A DNA stretch of 62,153 nucleotides, counting the filler. It is 4 parts of 4 records of this genome, joined end to end, with 100 filler letters (N's around TTAATTAATTAA, not from the genome) between each part and the next. Parts side by side here need not be neighbours in the genome. Positions count along the whole stretch, not along the records: positions 36,732 to 47,958 come from DRR378314_2097; positions 48,059 to 62,153 come from DRR378314_2102; 2 more parts are not named here. One strand, given 5' to 3'. The notes under the pieces were generated by a model. That model did not search any database. It was not told the origin of the DNA and saw only the letters and a program-made list of their open reading frames with translations. The position numbers and the translations under genes were made by a program. Shown in pieces: positions 42,721 through 52,267 of this stretch (positions within the stretch are counted from its first letter, which is position 1; each line of letters starts with the position of its first letter).

Positions 42721-42858
42721 GGCGACTGTAAGTTACAATCTGATACCTAATGATATTAAAAGTTACATTTAAAAAATAAGCGACATGTTTTTTTCTGTCA
42801 AGCGCATGGACGGATCAAAAATCTAGTTTGCAGTACCATTTTTCTCATACAGGAAAGC

Positions 42859-42890
42859 AAAAGGGGCACCTTTTTAGGTACCCCTTTTTT
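42859..42890 (-). terminator. Terminator downstream of recA and the recX remnant
   Basis: Minus-strand RNA GGGGUACC-uaaaaa-GGUGCCCC-UUUU; the single mismatch is a G-U wobble only on the minus strand; T tract also on the plus side. Confidence 0.75.
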
Positions 42891-42940
42891 TCATGCTAAA
42901 AATACAGGCTAGGCTTATCGCCAAATTTAGCTTGCTACTG

Positions 42941-43057
42941 CAGACAGCAATCTCACCAGGCTGAAATGCTTTTTGCTGCAACTTGCATACTCGCTCAGCG
43001 CGAGAGCACTCGCGCCGAGACAGTATTTGAATCGCCACGTCACACGACGTTAACTCA
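42941..43057 (-). pseudogene. recX: Degenerate recX 5' fragment (direct repeat of 37502-37618)
   Basis: 103/117 nt identical by manual alignment; translates ELTSCDVAIQILSRRECSRAERVCKLQQKAFQPGEIAVC versus ELTPREVAIQMLSRREYSRAELARKLQQKSFQPDEIDVC; no start codon. Confidence 0.93.
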
Positions 43058-43087
43058 ACGGCTTAGAGAACGGCATCATAAAGAGGC

Positions 43088-44149
43088 TTACAGCAAATCA
43101 TCATCGCTCTCAGCGGCAACATCTGCCTCAGGAGCTTCTTCTTTTTTTGCATCCGGCGGAGCAAGCAATTGCGCTCGGATTTGCGCTTCAATTTCTTCCA
43201 TGGTTTCAGGGTGCTCTTCTAAATACTGAGCTGCATTGGCTTTGCCCTGACCAATCTTTTTGCCTTTGTAGCTGTACCACGCGCCCGCTTTGTCTACCAA
43301 GCTGCACTGCACGCCCAGATCAATCACCTCGCCCGCATGGTAGATACCCTTACCGTAGAGAATTTGGAACTCTGCCTGACGGAATGGCGGCGCCACTTTA
43401 TTTTTAACTACCTTCACACGGGTTTCGTTACCAGTGACTTCGTCACCCGATTTTACGGAGCCTGTACGTCGGATATCCAGACGCACGCTGGAGTAGAATT
43501 TAAGTGCGTTACCGCCGGTCGTGGTTTCGGGCGAACCAAACATCACACCGATTTTCATGCGGATCTGGTTGATAAACACCACTAAACAATTGGCGTTTTT
43601 GATATTACCGGTAATTTTACGCAATGCCTGAGACATTAAACGTGCTTGCAGACCAACGTGGGAGTCGCCCATTTCGCCTTCGATTTCAGCACGCGGCGTT
43701 AGTGCAGCCACGGAGTCGATCACGATCACATCTACACCGCCGGACCGTACCAACATGTCGGTAATTTCCAGCGCTTGCTCACCGGTATCAGGCTGGGAAA
43801 CCAGCAAGTCGTCTAGATTAACCCCAAGCTTTTCTGCATAGCTTGGGTCCAGAGCGTGCTCTGCATCGACGAACGCACAGACTTTGCCCTGTTTTTGCGC
43901 CTGCGCAATGACTGACAGGGTCAGCGTCGTTTTACCGGATGACTCTGGGCCATAAATTTCACATACGCGCCCATACGGCAACCCGCCGATACCAAGCGCG
44001 ATATCAAGCCCCAGTGAACCGGTGGAGACAGACGGCATTATTACGCGCGGTGCATCGCCAAGGCGCATAACGGTCCCCTTACCAAACTGGCGATCAATCT
44101 GGCTAAGTGCAGCATTTAGCGCTTTGGTGCGGTTGTCATCCTGAGCCAT
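43088..44149 (-). CDS. recA: Recombinase RecA
   Basis: [32 protein letters not shown]; start at MAQDDN with GAGG RBS. Confidence 0.99.
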   Translation of the reverse strand: MAQDDNRTKALNAALSQIDRQFGKGTVMRLGDAPRVIMPSVSTGSLGLDIALGIGGLPYGRVCEIYGPESSGKTTLTLSVIAQAQKQGKVCAFVDAEHALDPSYAEKLGVNLDDLLVSQPDTGEQALEITDMLVRSGGVDVIVIDSVAALTPRAEIEGEMGDSHVGLQARLMSQALRKITGNIKNANCLVVFINQIRMKIGVMFGSPETTTGGNALKFYSSVRLDIRRTGSVKSGDEVTGNETRVKVVKNKVAPPFRQAEFQILYGKGIYHAGEVIDLGVQCSLVDKAGAWYSYKGKKIGQGKANAAQYLEEHPETMEEIEAQIRAQLLAPPDAKKEEAPEADVAAESDDDLL

Positions 44150-44170
44150 GCAGAAATTCCTCATTACAAA

Positions 44171-44186
44171 CTGTATAATTAGCCAG
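44171..44186. promoter_or_regulatory. LexA (SOS) box
   Basis: CTGTATAATTAGCCAG = CTG-N10-CAG, 21 bp upstream of the recA ATG. Confidence 0.85.
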
Positions 44187-44239
44187 TAGTATGCCAAAGA
44201 TTAGCGGCTAAACAAATCCTCAGCACCCTATTTTAATGT

Positions 44240-44773
44240 TTATTTCTTTTCACTGCCGTTGGCCTGGGCCGTCAAGCGCGCAACTAGGCCTGCCAATGCT
44301 TCACGTACGGCTTGTTCGCGTACCGCCTGTCGGTCGCCGTGAAAGTGGAAACACGCTGCCTGTTGGCTTTCTGCACTGCCCCAGGAAAGCCATACGGTAC
44401 CCACAGGCTTATCTTGACTGCCACCATCAGGACCAGCCACGCCACTGACGGCAACCGCTAAATCAGCCCCACTTGCTAAGCAAGCCCCCTTAACCATTGC
44501 ATTAACTACTTGCTCGCTGACCGCGCCGTGGGCTTCGATAAGCGCCTCGGGCACATCCAACATACGCGTTTTAGCAGCATTGGAGTAGGTTACATAACCC
44601 GCTGTAAAATACGCAGAGCTACCTGCCACAGAAGTAATTGCGCTGGCGATACCGCCGCCTGTACAGGACTCTGCGGTAGAAACTTCAACCTCAAGCTGCT
44701 GACACAGCCTTCCCAAGCGTTGAGCGAGCAGTGATAGGTCAAGATTCTTCAGGCTTGAAACGCTAGGTGCCAT
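44240..44773 (-). CDS. cinA: CinA C-terminal family / NMN deamidase (PncC-like)
   Basis: TAESCTGG, GSSAYF, YSN.AK, GVAGP.GG..KPVGTV. Confidence 0.9.
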   Translation of the reverse strand: MAPSVSSLKNLDLSLLAQRLGRLCQQLEVEVSTAESCTGGGIASAITSVAGSSAYFTAGYVTYSNAAKTRMLDVPEALIEAHGAVSEQVVNAMVKGACLASGADLAVAVSGVAGPDGGSQDKPVGTVWLSWGSAESQQAACFHFHGDRQAVREQAVREALAGLVARLTAQANGSEKK

Positions 44774-44827
44774 GGTGACTCCTTCATGTGAGACCTCAGT
44801 TCAGCGTAGAATACCGTGTTTAACTTT

Positions 44828-44891
44828 CTCAAAGAAATTGCTCAAAGAAATTGCCCAAAGAAGTCGCTTAAAGTAACTGCCAAAGAACATG
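44828..44891. repeat. Degenerate 13-bp tandem repeat (about 5 units)
   Basis: CTCAAAGAAATTG, CTCAAAGAAATTG, CCCAAAGAAGTCG, CTTAAAGTAACTG, C-CAAAGAACATG. Confidence 0.85.
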
Positions 44892-44934
44892 CCGCAAGCT
44901 GAGACTGCTTGCGCAACGCTCAACCAGGACGCCC

Positions 44935-47502
44935 ATGTCACAGGCCAGCCCCGCTCATACGCCAATGATGGCGCAATATCTTAAGATCAAACGCGATCAC
45001 CCTGAGGTACTTCTGTTTTACCGGATGGGGGATTTTTACGAGCTATTTTTCGATGATGCCAAGCGCGCCGCATTGCTGCTGGATATCACCCTTACCCAGC
45101 GCGGCCAGTCAGGTGGCAAACCTATTCCTATGGCAGGTGTGCCCTACCATAGCGCTGAAGGCTATTTAGCTCGCTTGGTGTCAGCCGGTGAATCCGTCGC
45201 TATCTGCGAGCAAATCGGTGACCCTGCCACTAGCAAAGGCCCCGTTGATCGACAAGTAGTGCGTATTGTCACCCCTGGCACGCTTCACGATGAAGCCTTG
45301 CTGGATGCTCGCCGAGATAACGTGCTGGTCGCCGTTGCGCCCGGCAAAGACGGCTGGGGCCTTGCATGGCTGGAGCTTTCCAGTGGGCGCTTCAATGTCT
45401 TGGAAGTAGAAAGTGAAGCCGAGATGCAGGCAGAGCTAACCCGCCTGTCGCCCGCCGAACTGTTAGTGCCCGAAAGCCTGACCCTGCCCGACGCATGGTC
45501 ACAAAAGCGCAGCCTAAGACGCCAAGGGGAGTGGCTGTTTGACTTAGACAGCGCCACGCGCAGCCTGTGCGATCAGTTTGAAGTCCAGGATTTACGCGGC
45601 TTTGGTTGTGCGCACTTAACCAGCGCACTCATCGCGGCGGGCGTACTGATCGATTACGCCCGAGATACCCAACGTTCACGACTGCCCCACGTAACGGCCA
45701 TTAGCGTCGAAAACCGCGATGATGCCGTAGTGATTGACGCGGCCAGTCGGCGCAATCTGGAAATTGATATAAATCTCGGCGGTAACAGCGATAACACCCT
45801 GGCCAGCGTGTTAGACACCTGCACCACCGCGATGGGTTCGCGATTACTGAAGCGCTGGCTTAACCGCCCGCTGCGCCAGCGTAATATCGTGGAAGGACGT
45901 CACGCGGGCGTGGCGTTGCTCTCTATTGAAGCCGCCTACCTACCGCTACGCGATACGTTGAGTGATGTAGGCGACGTCGAGCGCATCCTGGCCCGCGTCG
46001 CACTGTATAGCGCACGCCCCAGGGATTTGGCGCGCCTGCGCGACGCCCTGGTAACGCTACCCGCACTTGAGCAATTGCTAAGCGAAATTGATAGCGGTAG
46101 CGCTATCGATGGTCTTAAACCTCACATTCGCCCCTACCCAGAAATAGCCGATACCTTAACTCGCGCATTGGTTGAAAATCCGCCCGTGGTGATTCGCGAT
46201 GGCGGCGTGATTGCGAATGGCTTTGACGCCGAGCTAGATGAGCACCGCGGCATGGCTGAGAATGCCGGTGAGTACTTAGTGCAATTGGAGCTGCGCGAGC
46301 GCGAACGCACTGGCCTGGCCAATTTGAAAGTCGGCTATAACCGGGTTCATGGCTACTTTATTGAACTACCTCGCTCTCAGGCTCAGCAGGCACCCGCCGA
46401 CTACATCCGTCGTCAAACGCTAAAAAATGCTGAACGCTTTATTATTCCAGAACTTAAAGAGTTTGAAGACAAAGCACTCTCGGCCAAGTCCAGGGCCCTC
46501 ACGCGTGAGAAGTGGCTCTACGAGCGCCTGATGGGTGAGCTCAACGCGGCGCTTCACGCACTGCAAAACACCTCGCGGGCATTGGCTGAACTTGACGTGC
46601 TCTGCGCCTTTGCCGAGCGTGCAGAGGCACTCAATTGGGTAAGGCCCCAGCTACGGGATGCCACTGGCCTTAGAATTACCGCTGGACGGCACCCCGTGGT
46701 CGAACATGTCAGCGATACACCGTTTGTACCCAACGATGTCACGCTAACACCTGATCAGCACATGTTGATTATCACCGGCCCCAACATGGGCGGTAAATCA
46801 ACCTATATGCGCCAGACCGCGCTCATCGCGCTGTTGGCGCATAGCGGCAGCTTCGTACCCGCCGATAGCGCTGAAATAGGCCCTGTAGATCGCATCTTTA
46901 CCCGTATAGGCTCGTCAGATGATCTAGCGGGTGGTCGCTCTACATTTATGGTAGAAATGACCGAAACCGCTAATATCCTGCACAATGCTACCGAGCATAG
47001 CTTGGTGTTAATGGACGAAATTGGTCGTGGCACCAGTACTTTTGACGGCCTTTCACTGGCCTGGGCAAGTGCTGAATACCTAGCCGAAGCAAAGGCACTC
47101 ACCCTGTTTGCCACACACTATTTTGAAATGACCGCGCTGCCGGAACAGGCCGAGGGTGTGGCAAATATTCACCTAACAGCCACCGAGCACGGCGACAGCA
47201 TCGTGTTTATGCACCGCATTGAAGCGGGCCCTGCGAGCCAGAGCTATGGCTTACAGGTAGCCCAGTTGGCAGGTGTTCCCAACCATGTAATACGCAGAGC
47301 CCGTGAAAAACTAATGGCCCTCGAGCAGCGCGATGTGGATGAGTTGCAGCGCCCTAGCGGCGTTTCTGCAGCACCGCAACAAAACGACTTGTTCGCCAGC
47401 GCACCGCACCCGGTGGTGGAAGCGTTAGGCAAAGCCGATGTAGACGATTTAACACCCCGCGAAGCGCTAGCGCTGCTATATCAGTGGCGAGAGCTACTGT
47501 AA
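44935..47502 (+). CDS. mutS: DNA mismatch repair protein MutS
   Basis: [41 protein letters not shown]. Confidence 0.98.
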   Translation: MSQASPAHTPMMAQYLKIKRDHPEVLLFYRMGDFYELFFDDAKRAALLLDITLTQRGQSGGKPIPMAGVPYHSAEGYLARLVSAGESVAICEQIGDPATSKGPVDRQVVRIVTPGTLHDEALLDARRDNVLVAVAPGKDGWGLAWLELSSGRFNVLEVESEAEMQAELTRLSPAELLVPESLTLPDAWSQKRSLRRQGEWLFDLDSATRSLCDQFEVQDLRGFGCAHLTSALIAAGVLIDYARDTQRSRLPHVTAISVENRDDAVVIDAASRRNLEIDINLGGNSDNTLASVLDTCTTAMGSRLLKRWLNRPLRQRNIVEGRHAGVALLSIEAAYLPLRDTLSDVGDVERILARVALYSARPRDLARLRDALVTLPALEQLLSEIDSGSAIDGLKPHIRPYPEIADTLTRALVENPPVVIRDGGVIANGFDAELDEHRGMAENAGEYLVQLELRERERTGLANLKVGYNRVHGYFIELPRSQAQQAPADYIRRQTLKNAERFIIPELKEFEDKALSAKSRALTREKWLYERLMGELNAALHALQNTSRALAELDVLCAFAERAEALNWVRPQLRDATGLRITAGRHPVVEHVSDTPFVPNDVTLTPDQHMLIITGPNMGGKSTYMRQTALIALLAHSGSFVPADSAEIGPVDRIFTRIGSSDDLAGGRSTFMVEMTETANILHNATEHSLVLMDEIGRGTSTFDGLSLAWASAEYLAEAKALTLFATHYFEMTALPEQAEGVANIHLTATEHGDSIVFMHRIEAGPASQSYGLQVAQLAGVPNHVIRRAREKLMALEQRDVDELQRPSGVSAAPQQNDLFASAPHPVVEALGKADVDDLTPREALALLYQWRELL

Positions 47503-47657
47503 TGGTATGAAAGGAAAGCCATGAGCGCTTGCCGCCGCGTAAGGGCACCACTAGAATGTCGCCCATACTGTTTTATCTTATAAGAAACGGCCGATTTATA
47601 ACCATTAACTATTGACCACGACCGGGAAGCTCCCGGTCCCGCAAGAGGGATAGCAAG

Positions 47658-47958
47658 ATGACGTTTGTCGTTACCGAGAACTGCATCCAGTGCAAATACA
47701 CCGACTGTGTTGAAGTCTGCCCGGTCGACTGCTTCTACGAAGGCCCCAACTTCCTGGTCATTCACCCAGACGAGTGTATTGACTGCGCCCTGTGTGAACC
47801 GGAGTGCCCCGCAGAAGCTATCTTCTCAGAAGATGAGCTACCGGATGGCCAAGAGCAGTTTATAGAAATTAATGCTGAATTAGCCGATGTATGGCCGAAT
47901 ATTGCCGAGAAAAAAGACCCGCTGCCCGATGCAGAAGAGTGGGACGGCAAAACAGGTA
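47658..47958 (+). CDS. fdxA: 7Fe ferredoxin (3' end truncated)
   Basis: [18 protein letters not shown] and [12 protein letters not shown]; follows mutS. Confidence 0.93.
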
Positions 47959-48058
47959 NNNNNNNNNNNNNNNNNNNNNNNNNNNNNNNNNNNNNNNNNN
48001 NNTTAATTAATTAANNNNNNNNNNNNNNNNNNNNNNNNNNNNNNNNNNNNNNNNNNNN
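47959..48058. other. Artificial contig linker
   Basis: N44-TTAATTAATTAA-N44. Confidence 0.99.
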
Positions 48059-48590
48059 ACACCATGCATATTTGGCTTAAAACGATCGGTAAACCACTGC
48101 GAATATTTCGTTTGCTGCGGCTGCCAATTAGGTGCTGTGTGTCTTGTACATGCTGCACTCTAACAAAATGTTTTGGTTTCATCTCTACACTGAGGTGGTG
48201 CGCCTGAATGACCTCTCCACGTGATAAGTGCTCTGATGCAACAACCATGGGGGCTAGCTCAACTATTCTAACATGTACGTATTGGCTCCAACCTTGTAAA
48301 TCTTCACAGCTAAGCTGCACAGTAACTTGTCTATTAAATGGGGGCTCTGATGGTGTATTTAATTGCAATGCGTTTTCGCAGTACCGATCAGCAATGCGGC
48401 TGTCTAAATCAAGTGTAGTTACTTGAGTAAACTCATCACTTTTAGGAGGAAGCTGTTGCTTAATGTATGAAGCTGCTAAGGTTTGAAGTTTTTCTTTGCT
48501 ATACATTTGCCCATACGCAGGTGAAACCACGCATAAGCTGGCAAGAAAATAAAAAACATTGTATCTTCGGCTTTTATTTAACAAACTCAT
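48059..48590 (-). CDS. flgA: Flagellar P-ring chaperone FlgA (3' truncated)
   Basis: Signal peptide, LD.R...C, V...C....W..YV, SAF-like region; divergent from cheV. Confidence 0.85.
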
Positions 48591-48686
48591 AATGTTTCGA
48601 CTATGCTTATTGTTGAAAACAGGGTATAAATATTTAGCGTCAAATTTTAGACGCTCCCGCAATGTTATGTAGCTTTATTAGAAGAA

Positions 48687-48702
48687 AGCAATTATTGTTC
48701 CG
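48687..48702 (-). promoter_or_regulatory. Putative sigma54 promoter of flgA
   Basis: Minus strand CGGAACAATAATTGCT (GG-N10-GC). Confidence 0.6.
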
Positions 48703-48732
48703 CTTATTAAAAGCTTTCTTTAGGAGATTGAA

Positions 48733-49665
48733 ATGGCAGGCATTTTAGACTCAGTAAACCAGCGAACTCAGCTGGTTGGGCAAAACCGTCTTGAATTATT
48801 ATTATTCAAACTTAAAGGGCGGCAGCGCTTTGGTATTAACGTGTTTAAAGTGAGAGAAGTACTGCAATGCCCTCCTTTAACAAATATGCCTAAATCAAAT
48901 TCGTATATTCGAGGCGTTGCGCATATTCGTGGGCAAACTATTTCGGTGATTGATTTATCAATGGCAGTGGGCGGCCCAGCAATTGAAAATATCAAAGACA
49001 GTTTTATTATCATCGCTGAATATAACCGTTCCGTGCAGGGTTTTTTAGTCGGTGGTGTTGAGCGTATTGTGAATATGAATTGGGAAAAAATTATGCCACC
49101 ACCATCTGGTGCTGGTCGGTATTCATATTTAACAGCGGTTACTGAAATCGAAAACGAACTGGTTGAAATTCTTGATGTAGAAAAAATATTAAATGAAATT
49201 TGCCCGGTTAACACAGAAGTTAGTGCTGATATTGCTAATGATGGCGAAATTCAAAAAGATTTAGGTGAGCGAATAGTGTTTATCGCAGATGATTCTGCGG
49301 TGGCGCGTAATCAAGTTAAGCGTGCGCTTGAGCCGTTAGGTGTTCAAACAGAACTTGCTAAAAATGGTAAAGAAGCGCTTATTCGATTAAAAGAAATAGC
49401 TAAGCTTGATTGCAAACACGACATTACTGAACGTGTTGGTTTGTTGATTTCTGATGTTGAGATGCCTGAAATGGATGGTTACACCTTAACCGCAGAGATT
49501 AAGGCTGATCCAAAGCTTGCACCTTTACATGTTATTCTTCATACATCTTTGAGTGGTGTTTTTAATCAGGCGATGATTGAAAAAGTAGGTGCCGATGACT
49601 TTATTGCTAAGTTCAATCCAGATGAATTAGCAACTGCGGTGAAAAAGTGGGTTCATTGTGACTAA
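48733..49665 (+). CDS. cheV: Chemotaxis protein CheV (CheW-receiver)
   Basis: FGINVFKVREV, ADDS.VAR, SDVEMPEMDGY, KF.P. Confidence 0.95.
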   Translation: MAGILDSVNQRTQLVGQNRLELLLFKLKGRQRFGINVFKVREVLQCPPLTNMPKSNSYIRGVAHIRGQTISVIDLSMAVGGPAIENIKDSFIIIAEYNRSVQGFLVGGVERIVNMNWEKIMPPPSGAGRYSYLTAVTEIENELVEILDVEKILNEICPVNTEVSADIANDGEIQKDLGERIVFIADDSAVARNQVKRALEPLGVQTELAKNGKEALIRLKEIAKLDCKHDITERVGLLISDVEMPEMDGYTLTAEIKADPKLAPLHVILHTSLSGVFNQAMIEKVGADDFIAKFNPDELATAVKKWVHCD

Positions 49666-49685
49666 TTCGAACAGGTGGTGTTACT

Positions 49686-50516
49686 TTGGAAAATAAGCAT
49701 TTACAGCAGGGCGAATATGATCAGTTTCGCACGTTTTTAGAACAGCAGTGCGGTATTGTTTTAGGTGATAATAAGCTTTATTTAGTAAAAAGCAGGCTGG
49801 CACCTTTGATGGTGCGTTTTAAGGTTGAGTCTCTTTCTGAGCTTGTAAGTAAAACACTCAGTCCTCATGAGCGTCAGCTTAGAGCTGCCGTGGTCGATGC
49901 GATGACCACAAATGAAACCTTGTGGTTTAGAGATCAGTATCCATTTGATTTATTACAAAGCAAATTATTTCCAGAACACAAAGAGCTTAGACGTCCGCTA
50001 AAAATATGGTCTGCTGCGAGTTCTTCTGGCCAAGAACCCTATTCAATAGCAATGTCTGTTGCTGAGTTTCAAGCAAAACAGCCTGGTGTATTGAAAATGG
50101 GCGCGCAAATCATTGGTACAGATATATCTAACACTATGCTTGATATGTGCAAGCATGGCGAGTACGACTCGCTTGCGTTGGCACGTGGGCTTTCTGCTGA
50201 AAGACGTAAAAAGTTTTTTAAAGATACTGGCAACGGCATGGCTCAAGTTACTGATCCAATCAAAAAGCTAACGAGTTTTAGGCACCTTAACTTGCTTGAT
50301 TCTTATGCTTTGATGGGCAAGTTCGATATTATTTTTTGCCGCAATGTGTTGATTTATTTTTCGCCTGAAGTCAAAGCGAAAATTATTGCGCAATTTGCTC
50401 AAGCTCTGAACCCAAAGGGGTACCTTTTCTTAGGTGCCTCAGAGTCTATGTCTGGCTTAAGTACTGAGTTTGATATGGTGCGTTGTAACCCCGGTATTAT
50501 TTATCAGAAAAAGTAA
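49686..50516 (+). CDS. cheR: Chemotaxis methyltransferase CheR
   Basis: TTNETLWFRD, WSAASSSGQEPYS, FCRNVLIYF, LGASE; TTG start. Confidence 0.95.
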   Translation: MENKHLQQGEYDQFRTFLEQQCGIVLGDNKLYLVKSRLAPLMVRFKVESLSELVSKTLSPHERQLRAAVVDAMTTNETLWFRDQYPFDLLQSKLFPEHKELRRPLKIWSAASSSGQEPYSIAMSVAEFQAKQPGVLKMGAQIIGTDISNTMLDMCKHGEYDSLALARGLSAERRKKFFKDTGNGMAQVTDPIKKLTSFRHLNLLDSYALMGKFDIIFCRNVLIYFSPEVKAKIIAQFAQALNPKGYLFLGASESMSGLSTEFDMVRCNPGIIYQKK

Positions 50517-50549
50517 ACTGACCTTACTTAACAATGTTGGTTTCTAAAT

Positions 50550-50578
50550 AACGGCGCTTTTCTGCGCCGTTTTCTTTT
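50550..50578 (+). terminator. Terminator after cheR
   Basis: AACGGCGC-ttttct-GCGCCGTT followed by a T-rich tract. Confidence 0.75.
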
Positions 50579-50621
50579 ATAAATTAGTAGTTTACTCCTA
50601 CCTTTATGTTGTCAATTAAAC

Positions 50622-50637
50622 TGGCTCATCTTTTGCA
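50622..50637 (+). promoter_or_regulatory. sigma54 promoter of flgB
   Basis: TGGCTCA-tctt-TTGCA. Confidence 0.75.
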
Positions 50638-50671
50638 TTAATCAACCCAAGTCAAATTTTTGGAGATGGTT

Positions 50672-51082
50672 ATGGCTATCAGTTTTGATAAAGCATTTGG
50701 GGTGCATCCCCATGCAATGTTGATCCGTTCTCAACGTGCCGAATTATTAGCAACCAATATTGCCAATGCTGATACGCCTGGCTACAAAGCAAAAGATGTC
50801 GATTTTGCCTCTGCCTTAAAAGCGGCAAAAAGCAACCAGCAGGGCGGCAATAACATGGTAACGACCAATGCAAAACACATCGCTGGTGGAAGCCGCTATG
50901 TAGGTAACGCAGAAATGTTTCGCTCGCCAAATCAAGCAGATACGGGTGATGGTAACTCAGTGGATATACAGGTGGAACGAAACTTGTATACACAGAACTC
51001 ATTAGAGTATCAGGCAAGCCTGCAATTTATGAGTGGTAAAATTAAAGGCCTTAAAAAAGCCCTCGGTAGTCAAGGAGCTTAA
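50672..51082 (+). CDS. flgB: Basal-body rod protein FlgB
   Basis: NIANADTPGYKAKD, DGNSVD. Confidence 0.96.
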   Translation: MAISFDKAFGVHPHAMLIRSQRAELLATNIANADTPGYKAKDVDFASALKAAKSNQQGGNNMVTTNAKHIAGGSRYVGNAEMFRSPNQADTGDGNSVDIQVERNLYTQNSLEYQASLQFMSGKIKGLKKALGSQGA

Positions 51083-51084
51083 GC

Positions 51085-51516
51085 ATGAGTTTATATAACG
51101 TTTTTGATATTTCAGGTACCGGTATGAGTGCACAGAATGTGCGCTTAAATACAACAGCCAGTAACATCTCGAATGCTAATACTATTAGCTCAAGCCAAGA
51201 CAAAACCTACCGGGCACGCCACCCAGTGTTTGCTGCAGAGCTTACAAAAGCTTCAGCATCACAAAGCAATATGCAGGGTTCGTCTGTTGGCGTTAAAGTG
51301 TTGGGTATCGTAGAGAGCGATAAACCATTACAGATTGAATATAACCCTAATCATCCTAGTGCGGATGAAAATGGTTATATCTATAAACCTAACGTTAACG
51401 TAGTAGAAGAAATGGCTAATATGATTTCTGCCTCACGCTCTTATCAAACAAATGTGCAAGTTGCAGATGCAGCAAAGCAAATGTTAAGTAAAACACTGTT
51501 GCTTGGGCAGCGGTAA
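51085..51516 (+). CDS. flgC: Basal-body rod protein FlgC
   Basis: YNPNHPSAD, PNVNVVEEMANMISASRSY. Confidence 0.96.
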   Translation: MSLYNVFDISGTGMSAQNVRLNTTASNISNANTISSSQDKTYRARHPVFAAELTKASASQSNMQGSSVGVKVLGIVESDKPLQIEYNPNHPSADENGYIYKPNVNVVEEMANMISASRSYQTNVQVADAAKQMLSKTLLLGQR

Positions 51517-51529
51517 TTGAGGAAAAGTT

Positions 51530-52210
51530 ATGAGTAACGATATCAGTGCAACGTCGTCGACTTATCTAGATTCGTTAAAGTGGCAAGATAAACAAGTTTC
51601 GACTGAAGAAAAAAGTGATGAGTTAACACAAGAAGATTTCTTTTCCTTGTTAACACAGCAGCTGTCATTTCAAGATCCAAGCAAGCCAGCTGACAACGAT
51701 CAAATGATTGCGCAAATGACCAATTTTACTATGGCAGAAGGTATTTCAAACCTTAATAGTAACTTCCAATCACTTGCAGCATCGATGACATCTAATTCGG
51801 CGTTACAGGCTTCAACTTTAGTAGGCAAGCAAGCATTACTTGAATCTGATTCGCTAGATTTAGCAGCTGGTAGAGATGCTAAGGGTACTATCGTTGCCCA
51901 AGAGCCCGTAGAAAATTTAACGTTGCGGATTGAAGATTCCTCAGGCCAATTAGTTCGTACAATTGAATTTGGTTCACAACCTCCTGGTGCCGTGCGCTTT
52001 GAATGGGATGGTAAAAACTCTGAGGGTGAAGAATTACCCGATGGTGAATATACCGTAAAAGCAGAGGGTCAAATGGGAGGGGATTTCACGAGTTTACCCA
52101 TTGCAACTTTCAAAAATATTGAAAGCGTAAATGTTAATGGTGCCAATGGGATCATTATTAATACTAAAGAAGGTGCGGTTAGGCTAACTGATGTAGCAGA
52201 AATCGCGTAA
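51530..52210 (+). CDS. flgD: Hook cap FlgD
   Basis: DF..LL..QL..QDP.KP, WDG....G. Confidence 0.95.
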   Translation: MSNDISATSSTYLDSLKWQDKQVSTEEKSDELTQEDFFSLLTQQLSFQDPSKPADNDQMIAQMTNFTMAEGISNLNSNFQSLAASMTSNSALQASTLVGKQALLESDSLDLAAGRDAKGTIVAQEPVENLTLRIEDSSGQLVRTIEFGSQPPGAVRFEWDGKNSEGEELPDGEYTVKAEGQMGGDFTSLPIATFKNIESVNVNGANGIIINTKEGAVRLTDVAEIA

Positions 52211-52267
52211 AAATTAATTATTAGTTAGCCTTCTTTCGGCTACACATTCATAAATTAGAGGTGAATT

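Noticed and set aside
42966-43229. 87-aa plus-strand ORF over the recA end
   Set aside because: Antisense to recA and to the recX remnant, which explains the sequence
44150-44197. Longer recA N-terminus given in the ORF track
   Set aside because: The extension runs through the LexA box and RBS; the start is MAQDDN at 44149
44828-44891. Repeat array as a CRISPR
   Set aside because: 13-bp units with no spacers and no cas genes
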